From Mobula hypostoma (Eukaryota): a stretch of DNA of 64,000 nucleotides. Location: assembly GCF_963921235.1 (NCBI RefSeq), contig NC_086118.1, positions 14,510,001-14,574,000 of the forward strand. The letters are read 5' to 3'. Below, piece by piece: positions 1 through 11,935 of the stretch. The notes under the pieces are model-generated. The model did no database searches. It saw only the letters and a program-made list of their open reading frames with translations, and had not been told where the DNA came from. The first letter of the stretch is position 1. Each line of letters begins with the position of its first letter. The position numbers and the translations under genes are program-made.

Positions 1-3000
1 GCTTTAGATTAAGCCTTGCGGTCATGGGGTGGAGGGTGGTGGGAGAGGCTTCACGTTTTAGTTTTTTTCTTCTTGGGCTACTTACATTACTGAAGTATTG
101 GTTGCATTCTCCTTCCCGTTATCTCTGGTTTGTTCTGCTCCCTTTCCGGGTTCGTGGGTCGAACCTATCGTCAATCCTTTTTTTTTGTGGGTTGACTTTA
201 GGGTTTATGGAGTCTATTATTAATTTTGTCTCCTGGAATACTAATGGTCTTAATCATCCTATTAAAAGGAAAAAAGTTTTTAAAGTATTCCGGAGACTTA
301 AAGCACATGTTCTATTTTTACAAGAGACCCATGTGCGGAGGGAGCACAGACTACGTTTTTTAAAATTCTGGAAGGAACAACAGTTCCATTCGAACTCTAA
401 TGCTAAGATTCGAGGCGTCTCTATTTTTATAGACTCCTCAGTTACTTTTGTACAACATGATATTATCTCTGACCCGAATGGTAGATTTCTACTGGTTAGT
501 GGTCTACTATTTAATAAAAAGGTAGTTTTGGTCAATGTTTATGCACCCAATATGGACTGTCCGGAATTTTATAAATCATTATTTAATCGGTTCCCAAATT
601 TGAATGAGTTTTCATTGATCTGGGGTGGAGATCTTAATACTTGCTTATCCCCAGTTTTGGACCGTTCGGCTCCTTTACGGACTTTACCCAATAAATCTGC
701 AACTTTGATTAACTCATTCCTCTCTGATTCTGAGTCGACGGACATCTGGCGTTTTTTGCATCCTCAGGAAAAAGATTTTTCTTTTTTTTCACATATTCAC
801 CATTCCTATTCAAGAATTGATTATTTCTTTATTGATTCTCGGCTTATCTCTTCAGTGATTAAATATGATTATGACTCTATAACCATTTCGGATCATGCTC
901 CACTTAAGCTTTCTATTAAAATTCAGGTCAATGCACAAAATAATAGACAATGGCGTTTTAATTCGTTGCTGCTTCAGGACTCAGATTTTGTTAACTTTAT
1001 GAATGAACAGATTGATCTTTTTTTTACAATCAACTACACAGAGGATATTTCTGTGAACATTCTTTGGGATACTTTTAAAGCTTATATTCGTGGTCAGATT
1101 ATCTCGTATTCTGCTGCTTTGAGGAAGAAGCTGAAGCAGGAGGAGCTGGTCATTGTGGACAAGATTAAGGAAATTGATAAGAAATATGTTACAGCTCCCT
1201 CTGAGAAGTTATATAAACAAAGAACTGAACTTCAAATGGAACATAGTTTATTACTTTCGTCTTCGATTGTAAACCAATTAAAGAAAACAAGAAGTAAATA
1301 TTATGTACACAGTGACAAAGTTGGCAAATTGTTGGCTAACCAATTGAAGTCTAATCTCAAATTAATCAGATTTATAATCAAAATGATCGATTGATATTTG
1401 ATCATGCAGAGATTAATCAAACCTTCTTTGATTTTTATTCTTCCTTATATCAATCTGAGTCTTTACGAGACTCTAAATATATGAATGACTTTTTAGATAA
1501 CCTAGATTTCCCTGAGATTTCACAGGATATGTCTTCTATGCTAAATACTCCCATTACCACTGATGAGATTAAGAATGTTATTTCCTCTATGAACCTGGGG
1601 AAAGCTCCTGGCCCTGATGGGTTTACCATGGAATTTTATAGGTTTTTTGCACCTTCATTAATCCCTTGGTTCGGTAGGGTTTTGGAGGCTTCATTAAGAC
1701 TTGGTAAACTTCCCGAATCCTTCTATAGAGCGTCAATCTCACTAATATTAAAGAAGGATAAAGATCCTGCTCAATGTGCATCTTATAGACCAATATCTTT
1801 ATTAAATGTTGATTCTAAATTTTTTTCTAAATTATTAGCAAACAGATTAGAAAAAGTTCTCCCTTCTATTATTTCGGAAGACCAAACAGGTTTTATTAAA
1901 GGTTGTTACTCTTTCTATAACTTTCGCACACTGTTAAAGATTGTTTATACCCCCTCACAAAATGTTCCTGAGTGTGTTATCTCTTTAGATGCTGAAAAAG
2001 CTTTTGATAGAGTAGAATGGCCTTACTTATTTAAGGTGCTTGAAATGTTTAATTTTAGCTCAAAATTTATATCCTGGATCAAACTGTTATATCATTCTCC
2101 TGTGGCCTCAGTCCGTACTAACTCTTTAAGCTCACCTTTTTTCCCTCTTTTTCAAGGTACTCAACAAGGTTGTCCTCTTAGTCCTTTATTATTTGATATT
2201 GCATTAGAACCTCTTGCAATTGCCATTCGAGAATCTCCAAATATTATTGGGATAACTTGGGGCTTAAAGTCCCATAAATTATCACTCTATGCTGATGACT
2301 TACTTTTATATATTTCTAATCCTCAAAAATCTACCCCTGCTGCTTTAGATTTATTAGCACAATTCAGTCTTTTTTCAGGTTATAAATTAAATCTTAGTAA
2401 GAGTGAACTTTTTCCAATTAATAAACAACTTCCCTTGTATCATAACTTTCCGTTTAAATTGATTAATAATTATTTCTCATATCTTGGGATTAAAATTACT
2501 TATAAACACAAAGATTTATTTAAGACTAATTTTTTACCCTTAATTGATCATATTACTCAACTTTCATCTAAATGGTTTCCATTATATTTAACTTTGAATG
2601 GTCGTATTAATGCAGTTAAGTTGTTTATTCTGCCAAAATTTTTATCTATATTTCAGGCATTACCGATTTTTGTTCCAAAATCTTTTTTTGATAAAGTTGA
2701 CTCTAAAATTTCTTCATTTATTTGGCAAAATAAAGACCCAAGACTGGGTAAAATACATTTACAGAAAGCTAAGAGAGATGGAGGTTTAGCATTACCTAAC
2801 TTTAAATTCTATTATTGGGCAATTAATATTTGACATATGAAATTTTGGTTACTTGACCAAGATACACTATCCATCCCTAAATGGGTAGCATTGGAATTAC
2901 AATCTGCTCAGGGCTATGCACTTGGCTCTATTTTAGGTTCCTCTCTTCCTTTCGATTTGAAACGCCTCAAACTGGTTTCTAACCCGATAGTTAAATATAC

Positions 3001-3453
3001 CTTACGTATTTGGTTTCAATTCAGAAAATTTTTTGATCTTAACCAGTTTGGGCTAGCGATCCCTATTTTAGGTAACATTTTTTCCTCCCTCTTTCACGGA
3101 TCGTGCGTTTCAAATTTGGAAGACTAAAGGTATTTCACGGTTTTTGGATTTATTTTTAGATGGTTCCCTTATGTCTTTTGAACAATTATCTAATAAATAT
3201 AATTTACCAGGAATACATTTTGTTAGATATCTTCAAGTTAGAAATTTCCTAAGTACTATACTTTCTTCCTTTCCAATGCTTCCTCCTACATATATTTTAG
3301 ATACTATAATTAACCTTAATCCATGTCAGAAAGGTGCAACGGCTATTATTTATAATATTATTATGAAACTTAGGAAAGCTCCATTTGATAAGCAACACAC
3401 ATCAAAGTTGCTGGTGAACGCAGCAGGCCAAGCAGCATCTGTAGGAAGAGGTG

Positions 3454-3490
3454 CAGTCGACGTTTCAGGCCGAGACCCTTCGTCAGGACT
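3454..3490 (-). ncRNA. Minimal type I hammerhead ribozyme motif, intact core
   Basis: Minus strand reads agtc-CUGACGA-agggucucggccu-GAAA-cgUC-gacug: stem I agtc/gact, short stem II, minimal stem III, GUC cleavage triplet. Confidence 0.75.
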
Positions 3491-3539
3491 AACTGAAGGA
3501 AGAGTGAGTAAGGATCCCTTACTCACTCTTCCTTCAGTT

Positions 3540-3576
3540 AGTCCTGACAAAGGGTCTCGGCCTGAAACGTCGACTG
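3540..3576 (+). ncRNA. Hammerhead motif, mirror copy with mutated core (CUGACAA)
   Basis: agtc-ctgacaa-agggtctcggcct-gaaa-cgtc-gactg; G-to-A change in the CUGANGA box. Confidence 0.6.
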
Positions 3577-4729
3577 CACCTCTTCCTACAGATGCTGCTT
3601 GGCCTGCTGCGTTTACCAGCAACTTTGATGTGTGTTGCTTGAATTTCCAGCATCTACAGAATTCCTGTTGTCTCCATTTGATAAGATTAGGTCAGATTGG
3701 GAACAAGAATTGGGTTCTATTATTTCCGTGGATGACTGGGGGCAGATTTTACAATTAGTCAATACTTCCTCTATCTGTGCTAAACATTCCCTAATTCAAT
3801 TCAAAGTTGTTCATAGAGCACGTATGTCCAAAGATAAATTAGCTCGTTTTTATTCTCATATAAATCCTTTTTGTGATAGATGTCCGGGGCAGATAGCTTC
3901 CTTAGCTCATATGTTTTGGTCTTGTCCTACTCTGGAAACTTTTTGGAGAGACATTTTTAGTATTATCTCAAAAGTTTTGAATATAGATATTTCTCCTCAT
4001 CCTATTACTGCTATCTTTGGATTACCTAAAATTTCCAGTAATCTTTCCCCTTCAGCCCGTAGAATGATTGCATTTCTTACTTTAATGGCAAAAAGGTGTA
4101 TCTTACAACATTGGAAAGAGCCTAATGCTCCAACTACCTTTTTTTGGTTCTCCCAGATGATATTATGCTTAAATTTGGAGAAAATTAGAAGTAATCTTTA
4201 TGATTCCTCATTTAAATTTGAACAGACCTGGAGATCTTTTATTCAATATTTTCATTTAATGTAATTTTTTTTTCTCTTTTGTTTCATATTTATATTCCCT
4301 TCTTGCTTTTTTTTAAACTGTTTTTAATGGAGGTCAGGTTTGAGGAAGTGATTTTAAGTTTTTTAGCTCTACCTGTTTCCAAGTTAGCCCATTGCTTTGC
4401 TTTGCTTTTAGTTTAGTTGCACGGTGGGTTTTTTTTTCCTTTTCTTTATTGATATATATATATATAAAATTAGTATACTATTATTTTACCTTATTATTTT
4501 ATGTTTAAATTGCACTGTTTGTATCAAATTTTTTCTGTATTAATATCTCCTGTAATTTCTAACAGTGTATTAGTGCTTATATGGTTTACCTTTTGTATAC
4601 TTATTTAATAAAAAGATTTTAAAAAAAGGATACTTTCACATTGGCACAGAGATTGAAACACAGGGTCATCATGGGCACTGGGAGTTCATGAAGGTGCCTC
4701 CACGTCTTGACTGTCAAAGCGAGTATAAA

Positions 4730-5280
4730 AGGCATTGAGCTAATCTGGGAGTGAAGCCTTGTTTCCATCTATGTTGCTTGGTTTCTTTTTGTAGGAGGTG
4801 ATAGCATCCAAACTCTGCCACAGCTGGCGAACATCCTTCACTGATTCAGGTTTGGTTTGGAACTGCCATTTCACATGTGAGATAGCTTTCTGGATGTCAC
4901 ATGTGCACCTCCCATATTTTACTTGGTCGCTAGACCTGAACACCACTGATCTGGCTCTCAGCAGACTGCAGATCTGTTGATTCATGCAGGGCTTCTGGTT
5001 GAGGAAGAATCTGAATGATTTTGTGGGGACACACTCATCTACGACTGTTTTTTATGAAGTCTATGACAAGTGTAGCATATCCTTTTCAATCCTCTGAAGA
5101 GTCCTTGGACATGGTCCAGTCTACCATCTCAAAGCTATCCCATAGCTGCTCCTCCATCTCCTTGAACCACCTCTTTGTTGTCCTTATCTCTGGAGTCTTG
5201 CTCTTGAGCTTATATCTGTATGGAGATAGAAGGAGGGCAAACAAATGGTCAGATTTTGAGAAATGCATATGTCAGAAATG
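4730..5280 (-). mobile_element. Rex/Babar-type LINE fragment (endonuclease end and linker)
   Basis: Translations SDHLFALLLSPYRYKLK..SFEMVDW and KPxMNQQICSLLRARSVVFRS are typical of this group. Confidence 0.7.
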
Positions 5281-6029
5281 ATGTGAGATAGTCTGCATTG
5301 GTCTTTCTAAAAACAGTTTTGTTTTTTTTCTACCAGGATGTTTACTTCAAAGTTTCCTCCCTAACCTCAAAGTAAGTAACTCAAATTAGCACTTCCAAAT
5401 CTCTTTAGGTCAGGAGTTCCCTACGTGGGATCCACGGACGCTTTGCTTGATGGTATCGGTCCATGATAAAAGAGGCTGGCAATCCCTGGTGTGGGTGATT
5501 GAAGGGAAGTGGTGAACAGAACAATGTAGCTCTAATACATTCTGCTTTGCTGTTGAGTTTATATTCACATTTTCTCGTGTAAATGTGTTGCAGCTTGTCT
5601 GCTACTTTTAAGTTCTTTATCTGATCTTTGAATGAAATGGACAACATATGGCTTAGTTGAAGGTTCCAATTCTGATTATTTCTAGCGTGTAGAAAAACAG
5701 CACAGATGGTTCAGTAGGTATATATTCATAGTGTATTTTATAGTTTTAAAGCATTTTTGCCAGTTTTCTTCTTTTCTTTGATAAGTTTAGATTTACCAAC
5801 TGTTTCTGATCTCTGGACTGAGTAAACATTCTTCACATGAATTCAAGAGGATTCTCTGTCATTGGGGCATAATTTGGAAAGCTGCTTACGTCCTCATCCT
5901 GATATCTAGATGAGATCACTTTCCACTAAGACAGCAGCCAGGATTAAAAACTGTGACTAATTTTGTCCACTCAAAACCTATACTTTTACCAAGGGTTGAA
6001 CCTGGAACTCTTTATTTAGTTGCATGATT

Positions 6030-6125
6030 GGGGCTGAGAGGGAAAATGGATCAGCCATGATTAAATGATGGAGCGGTCTCGATGGGCCAAATAGCCTAAT
6101 TCTGCTCCTGTATCTTATGCTCTTA
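6030..6125 (+). mobile_element. CR1-type LINE 3' terminus
   Basis: gatgggccaaatagcctaattctgctcctgtatcttatg; the same terminus recurs at 9700-9800 and, reversed, at 13880-13920 and 29450-29520. Confidence 0.65.
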
Positions 6126-6404
6126 TTATCAGTTATGTTTACTAATATTTTTAAAGTGTTATAGCCAAACTTTGTTAGAAAGGATATTGACAAATGGGAG
6201 TTACTGATGTTAACAGTTGTACTGAAGAGATTTAATTTGCAATCAGTTATATTTTTCAACAAACAAGGGAAACCTAATCTTTCTTTTATGTCAGGAGACT
6301 CAGTGTGGCATGACAAGATGGAGTCATTGGATGGCCCATGATTACCTTTCCATAAGTTCCTTTCTCCACTCATTCCTTTCATCCACTTCCTTCTCCCATA
6401 TGTA

Positions 6405-6690
6405 ACATACTGGTCAGCACAATGCTTTACAGTACCAGTGACCCAGGGTTCATTCACTTTCTGCCATTGTGCGTAAAGTGTTTGTACATTTCCCCCTAGA
6501 CCGTGTGGGTTTCCTTTGGGTGCTTCAGTTTCCTCCCAAGGTCCAAAGACATACTGGATGGTAGGTTAATTGGTCATTGTAAATTTTCCCATGATTGGGC
6601 TAGTGTTAAATCGGAGGTTGCTGGGTGGTGCAGCTCGAAGGGCCAGAAGAGCCTGTTCTATGCTATATCTCAATAAGAGAAATAAATATT
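6405..6690 (+). mobile_element. tRNA-derived V-SINE (HE1-like)
   Basis: Degenerate A/B-box head, central gggtttcct..gggtgct..gtttcctccc..tccaaagac V-domain, CR1-like 3' tail; multiple copies in window. Confidence 0.8.
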
Positions 6691-6853
6691 ACTTTGCCTT
6701 CAGCTCAGCTACTCACTGAAGATCTCTGCCCAAGATGATATGAATACCCACCTTGGGTATGAGCTGAAGGTGTGAATGGTCGCATGGTTATGTTTCTTTG
6801 CCTCTAATCTTTCCCCCTCCTCCTAAAAATAGAACTGCAATCTGCACCAAAGA

Positions 6854-8051
6854 ACACACATAAAAAATGCTGGTGAACACAGCAGGCCAGGCAGTATCTA
6901 TAGGAAGAGGGACAGTCGACGTTTCAGGCCGAGACCCTTTGTCAGGACTAACTGAAAGTAGGGAGAGTAAGAAATTTGAAAGTAGGAGGGGGAGGGGGAG
7001 ATCCAAAATGATAGGAGAAGACAAGAGGGGGAGGGATGGAGCCAAGAGCTGGAAAGTTGATTGGTAAAAGAGATACGAGGCTGAAGAAGGGAGAGGATCA
7101 TGAGACGGGAGGCCCAGGGAGAAAGAAAGGGGGAGGGGAGCCCAGAGGATGGGCAAGGAGTTATAGTGAGAGGGACAGAGGGAGAAAAAAGGGAGAAAAA
7201 AAGGGAAAAGAAAAAAAAATAAGAAGTAAATAAGAGATGGGGTACGAAGGGAAGGTAGGCCATTAACTGAAGTTAGAGAAGTCAATGTTCATGCCATCAG
7301 GTTGGAGGCTACCGAGATGAAATATAAGGTGTTGTTCCTCCAACCTGAGTGTGGCTTTATCTTGACAGTGGAGGAGGCCATGGATAGACATATCAGAACA
7401 GGAATGGGACGTGGAATTAAAATGTGTGGCCACTGGGAGATCCTGCTTTCTCTGGCGGACAGAGCATGGGTGTTCAGCGAACCGGTCTCCCAGCCTGCGT
7501 CGGGTCTCGCCAATATATAGAAGGCCGCACCGGGAGCACTGGACGCAGTATATCACCCCAGCCGACTCACAGGTGAAGTGTGGCCTCACCTGGAAGGACT
7601 GTCTGGGGCCCTGAATGGTGGTGAGGGAGGAAGTATAAGGGCATGTGTAGCACTTGCTCCACTTACAAGGATAAATGCCGGGAGGGAGATCGGTGGGAAG
7701 GATTGGGGGGGGACGAATGGACACGGGAGTTGCGTAGGGAGCGATCCCTGCGGAAAGCAGAAAGAGGGGGGTAGGGAAAGATGTGCTTGGTGGTGGGATC
7801 CCGTTGGAGGTGGCAGAAGTTACGGAGAATTATATGTTGGACCCGGAGGCTGGTGGGGTGGTAAGTGAGGACAAGGTGAACCCTATTCCTAGTGGGGTGG
7901 CGGGAGGATGGGGTGAGAGCAGATGTGCGTAAAATGGGAGAGATGCATTTGAGAGCAGAGTTGATGGTGGAGGAAGGGAAGCCCCTTTCTTTAAAAAAGG
8001 ACACCTCCTTCATCCTGGAATGAAAAGCTTCATCCTGAGAGCAAATGCAAA
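6854..8051 (-). mobile_element. Penelope-like element, 5'-truncated, GIY-YIG endonuclease plus 3' region with hammerhead motif
   Basis: ORF 7263-7724 contains VIYCVQCSRCGLLYIGETRRRLGDRFAEH (GIY-YIG). 11 bp TSD tgcaccaaaga at 6843-6853 and 8052-8062. Hammerhead-like motif near 6913-6949 with CUGACAA core. Confidence 0.92.
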
Positions 8052-8586
8052 TGCACCAAAGAGCTCTGTTGCAAGCTGACTAGAGTGGGCATAGTAGTTA
8101 TAACTATTTATTCTGTTGTGTCTGTAAGAATTAATGTTGACATACTCAGTGCTGATTTGGCAGCTCAGAGCATCCTGAATTGGTGGTGGTGCTTACCCTG
8201 TTGTCTAAGTTATTACCTTGGTGATGTGGGTGCATATCATGCAGTGATGGGTCATCATGTCAAGCCAAGGAAATCCATCATCAAATTACATCTCTAGGAA
8301 AAGTGTAGTTCTGTGGGGTTTTGTGAATCAACAAATTAAAACACTGATTCACAGTTTGCCATTTAACTTTATAGAATGTCTCTGAGGAAATTTATAGATA
8401 AGTTTTCTGAGGAAGATGAATGTCCAAGTGATTTAATGAAATTTAATGGTGTAGCACTGTTACACAGTATGCCTTATTTGGTCATTGAATTGTGTTGAGT
8501 TGGGAAAGGATCAAAGAAAGGGACAGTATGAAATGTGTAGTGCCTTTTATACCCACAGGAAGGTACAAGGCTGAATAGCTGCAAAT

Positions 8587-8765
8587 ACACAAGCGATTCT
8601 GCTGATGCTGGAAGTCTTGAGCGACACACACACTATGCTGGAGGAACTCAGGCAATATCTATGGTTGGTCCTGATGAAGGGTCTCGGCCCGAAATGTCAG
8701 CTGTTTATTTCCCTCCATAGATGCTGCCTGACTTGCTGAGTTCCTCCGGCATTTTGTGTGTGTTA
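8587..8765. mobile_element. Short Penelope-derived inverted insertion with + strand hammerhead core
   Basis: Arms acacacac..atgctggaggaactca / tgagttcctccggcat..gtgtgtgt; ctgatga (8671-8677) agggtctcggccc gaaa (8691-8694) tgtc. Confidence 0.75.
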
Positions 8766-9564
8766 TTTTTGAAATGTAGTCACCGTCGTAATATAATGCA
8801 GCAATCACCCTGTGCACAATGAGCTCTGACAGATGGTATAATAATAATAATCTCTTCCAGATACTGGCTGATAAATAGTGGAGATGAAAGTAGTGACGAT
8901 TATGCTTTTTAGTATTTATGAGGAATTTTGTTCATTATTCTGAGTGGGCATACTCAGCTCCAGTTTAATGCCTTGTGCATGTCTTGCAGCTGTTGCTGAA
9001 CTTGGGGAAGGAGTGGTGTTTGGGGGTGTTGTAAAACTCAGGAAATGCAGAGACAATTGTTTTCATAAAATAGGAACCCTTGATGGGAGTCTGATGCATA
9101 TTTCTGCTGTTAATAAATGATGCACAAGTTCTTTCCAGGTTATGAATACCCAATTTAAGTACAGCCTGTCCTTACAACAGGCTTGTGGGAGACCGGTGGG
9201 ATGGATTTGCTGGCGGCTGCCGGGCTGCAGACATCTTCTGCCATCTGGAACTCAGTTCACAGTTTCATTTCAGACTTGCAAACTGTCTGGGTTATGAAGA
9301 GTAATTAAGGAATGGAGCCCTGCTGTAACTGGAGGAGGACCTGTATATGTTTTGTTCTGAATAGAACTGCTGATCATACTGGAGCTTTACAGCTATGCAG
9401 ACCAATTTCTAGTGTGTCTCCAATGACCAATGTACTGTAATCTAAATGATCGTTTCATAAAAGTGGACTTACTTTCCTTTATTCTCTTCCCCTCCTCACG
9501 GTTCTCCTTCCATCCTTTTGTGTTAGGCCATTGTAGATTTGAGTAGAAGTTTATCCCTGTTCTA

Positions 9565-9860
9565 TAGAGTCATAGCATACTACAACACAGAAAGAAGCCC
9601 TTTGGCCCATCTAATCCATGCCGGCCTGATTTTCTGCCTATTCCCATCTACCTGCACCCAGACTATATCCTTCTGAACCATCCATCCTCTGTCTTATGGC
9701 TGAGGAGGGGAGAAAAGGATCAGCAGGATTGAATGATGGAGCAGACTCGATGGGCCAAATGGCCTAATTCTGCTCCTATGTCTTATGGTCTTACGATCTT
9801 AAGTCCCTCCCTTCCATGTACCATTCTAAATTCAAGCTTCAATGTTACAATTGAACCAAG
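9565..9860. mobile_element. CR1 3' fragments (minus copy interrupted by a plus-strand 3' terminus)
   Basis: Reverse CR1 tail at 9565-9680; forward terminus at 9695-9800. Confidence 0.55.
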
Positions 9861-10399
9861 AGTGACACTTGAATAATTGGTATGCTAGACAATAACCTGC
9901 TATTACACAGCTGTGGTCACTTGCTGATCTACTCTCACTTTTATTTGAATTTTGTTCAGTTCTTTTCATTGTTTTCCCAGTTACTTTAGATACACCAAGT
10001 CATATTTATATTGTTCCTGTACATTATTTTTTACTATTCTTCCTGCTGCCTAGCTTGAACTAATGTTTCACTGCACTCTTCTCCTTCCTTCAACCTGTGC
10101 TGCATGCAAAACGCCAAATACAGAAGCAATTGTGTGTTGTCCTTCAGTCCCAGTCAATATTTCAAGGGAAATCAGAAAACCTGGGTTTCAGAAACGGGCA
10201 ACCCTTACGCCTCGACTTTATCCTTCACCTTGTACTTGCAGGCGAGGATAAATTCCACTGCACCGAATCTTCCAAAGCAAAGAGGCCATTCAGCCCAATG
10301 TGTCTGTGCTGATTGTTTCAAAGAGCTTTCAGTTGGTCCTAGGCCTTTTCTTTTCCCTAAGATGTTCTCCCTTGGTTCCTGGCTATTGGGCTAAGGGGC

Positions 10400-10785
10400 A
10401 ACATTATGGAGGTTTATCCAATCTTGAGGGGCTTAGACAGGGTGAATGCTGCCTAGGCTCCTCATGAATGCTTTCCCAGGGAAAGTAAGTCAAAAACTGT
10501 AGGGCAGTGGCTTAAGATGAGAGGAGAAATATTTAGAAGGACCTTTAAGGGCACTTCCTCATGCAGAGTGTGTGGAAACAATTGCCAGAGGATATGGTTG
10601 AGGCAAGTATAGCAGCAGCATTTAGAAAACAGTTGGGCAGGTGTGTGAATAGGAGTGGTTCAGAGGTATATGGGCCAAATGCAGGAAGATGGGACCAACT
10701 TAGATTTGCATGTGGATCAGCAGGGATAAGTTGAGCCAAAGGGCCTACTTGCGAGCTATATTGCTGCATGGGTATGTGACTATAG
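10400..10785 (+). mobile_element. CR1 3' fragment, degenerate
   Basis: Similar to the 3' ends of the CR1 copies at 35160-35525 and 58050-58417. Confidence 0.65.
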
Positions 10786-11249
10786 GAAAATCATAGGAAG
10801 CCAGTTCTTATCAAGGTATGCAGTTAGTATATTTCTTTCCCCTTTCAGATCACAAATGGTTATGAGAGAAAGCAGATTAACTTTTCCCTTTTCCAACACA
10901 GGGACTCCAACATCTATTATAACCTTTGTGAATCATTGTCCTGAAAATTGTTCTGAATAATTAATCCTTCCACTTTCCAGAAGGTCATTCACTCTCAAGA
11001 GCTGCAGTTTCTTCAGGTAGAGTCCAAGGGTTTTGTAATGCAGATTTCAACAGTGCGCTTCTCTGAATCATACCTGCATGCAATTTGTAACTCACAGAGA
11101 ATCAGGTTGTTGTTTTGTCAAGGGGAAAAAATATAGGGAGTTTTGTTTGCTTTTCTGCTAGGACTGCACATCAGGAATTTACTTTTAGGCAGGGGATATT
11201 CCACTCTCAGGCTACCAATGAAGTTCACAATGGAATTGCTACCTATCCA

Positions 11250-11794
11250 TTCATTAGCTCTATAAGCATGCAGTTTTCCATTCTTAATAGCACAGCCTGA
11301 AGGGGTCTGAGGTGGCCAGCATTCTGCATGAATAGAGCACCTGCACTGAGCTGACAGCTGACAGAGTGCTACAAAACCTAGGAAGCCGTGCCCAGCTCGG
11401 GAGCTGTCGGGACAGAGCAGCTTCCAACAGATAACTGCTGCTTTCTTGGAGGCCATTCTTAATTAGCGAGGCGCTGAATCAGCTTGCTGTGGCGAGTGGA
11501 AGTGTCAAATAGCAGAACAGTTGTTAGACTTCCAAGGCACGTGGGCCGCCAGAGAGGGATCAAAGGTATCTGCAGGGAAAAAAAAGTTCAACAAAGAAGC
11601 AAGAAGCGAGGGTAGAGACATTAGGTGAAGCTACGGGAGAAACTAGCCACTTTTTTTTTAATCCTGCGAGGCTTTTAAATCGGAGCCTCCACTCTCAGTG
11701 AACCAATTTAAGCCTTTGCCCTGCTGTTTTGATGCTCATCAGCCACACAGACAGGTGTGCACTTTGAAGTGGGAGTCTTACAGTCAATTGAGAA
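11250..11794 (+). promoter_or_regulatory. Candidate promoter / 5' UTR region of the myosin-rod gene
   Basis: Repeat-poor, locally GC/CpG-richer sequence with several E-boxes (cacctg, cagctg, cacgtg, caggtg) immediately upstream of ATG 11795. Confidence 0.35.
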
Positions 11795-11935
11795 ATGTCA
11801 GGAATTCCGAGCTTGCGGAGATCATGGTCCCTGTCTGATGAATCAGAGGCAGCGGATGGAATGGAGTTGGAACCCGAACCAGAAGATCTCGACTGGGATA
11901 ACTACAGTGTGACTCTGGAGGAGAAAATAACTGTT
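11795..11935 (+). CDS. Candidate first coding exon: MSGIPSLRRSWSLSDESEAADGMELEPEPEDLDWDNYSVTLEEKITV
   Basis: ATG with purine at -3, in-frame TGA at 11789-11791, 47 codons, then gtatgt donor in phase 0, compatible with the phase-0 exon at 14969. Too short for the ORF track. Confidence 0.55.

Larger units (their letters stand above)
3393..3671. mobile_element. Penelope-like element-derived inverted (hairpin) insertion
   Basis: 14 bp TSD ctccatttgataag at 3379-3392 and 3672-3685. 3390-3640 is a palindrome centred on 3515. Arms match the 3' end of the GIY-YIG element at 6854-8051. Confidence 0.92.
1..4627 (+). mobile_element. L1-clade LINE, ORF2 plus 3' UTR, disrupted; 5' part lies outside the window
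   Basis: ORF2 from ATG 207. APE endonuclease motifs SWNTNGL, LQETH, YAPN, GGDLN, SRIDYF, SDHAP; RT motifs KAPGPDGF, YRPISLLN, DAEKAFDRV, QGCPLSPLLF, YADD; C-terminal CDRC..HMFWSC. Frameshifts near 1360-1394 and 3080, stop at 2831, insertion at 3393-3671. T-rich 3' UTR, AATAAA and A-rich tail near 4607-4627. Confidence 0.95.

Noticed and set aside
3144..3758. Same peptide (LVNAAGQAASVGRG..) in ORFs on both strands
   Set aside because: Artefact of the palindromic insertion; not a bidirectional gene.
6823..6832. MEF2 consensus ctaaaaatag
   Set aside because: A single AT-rich 10-mer 5 kb from the candidate start; cannot be distinguished from chance.
9120..9346. Possible Tc1/mariner-type MITE remnant
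   Set aside because: Terminal inverted similarity is too degenerate to support by eye.
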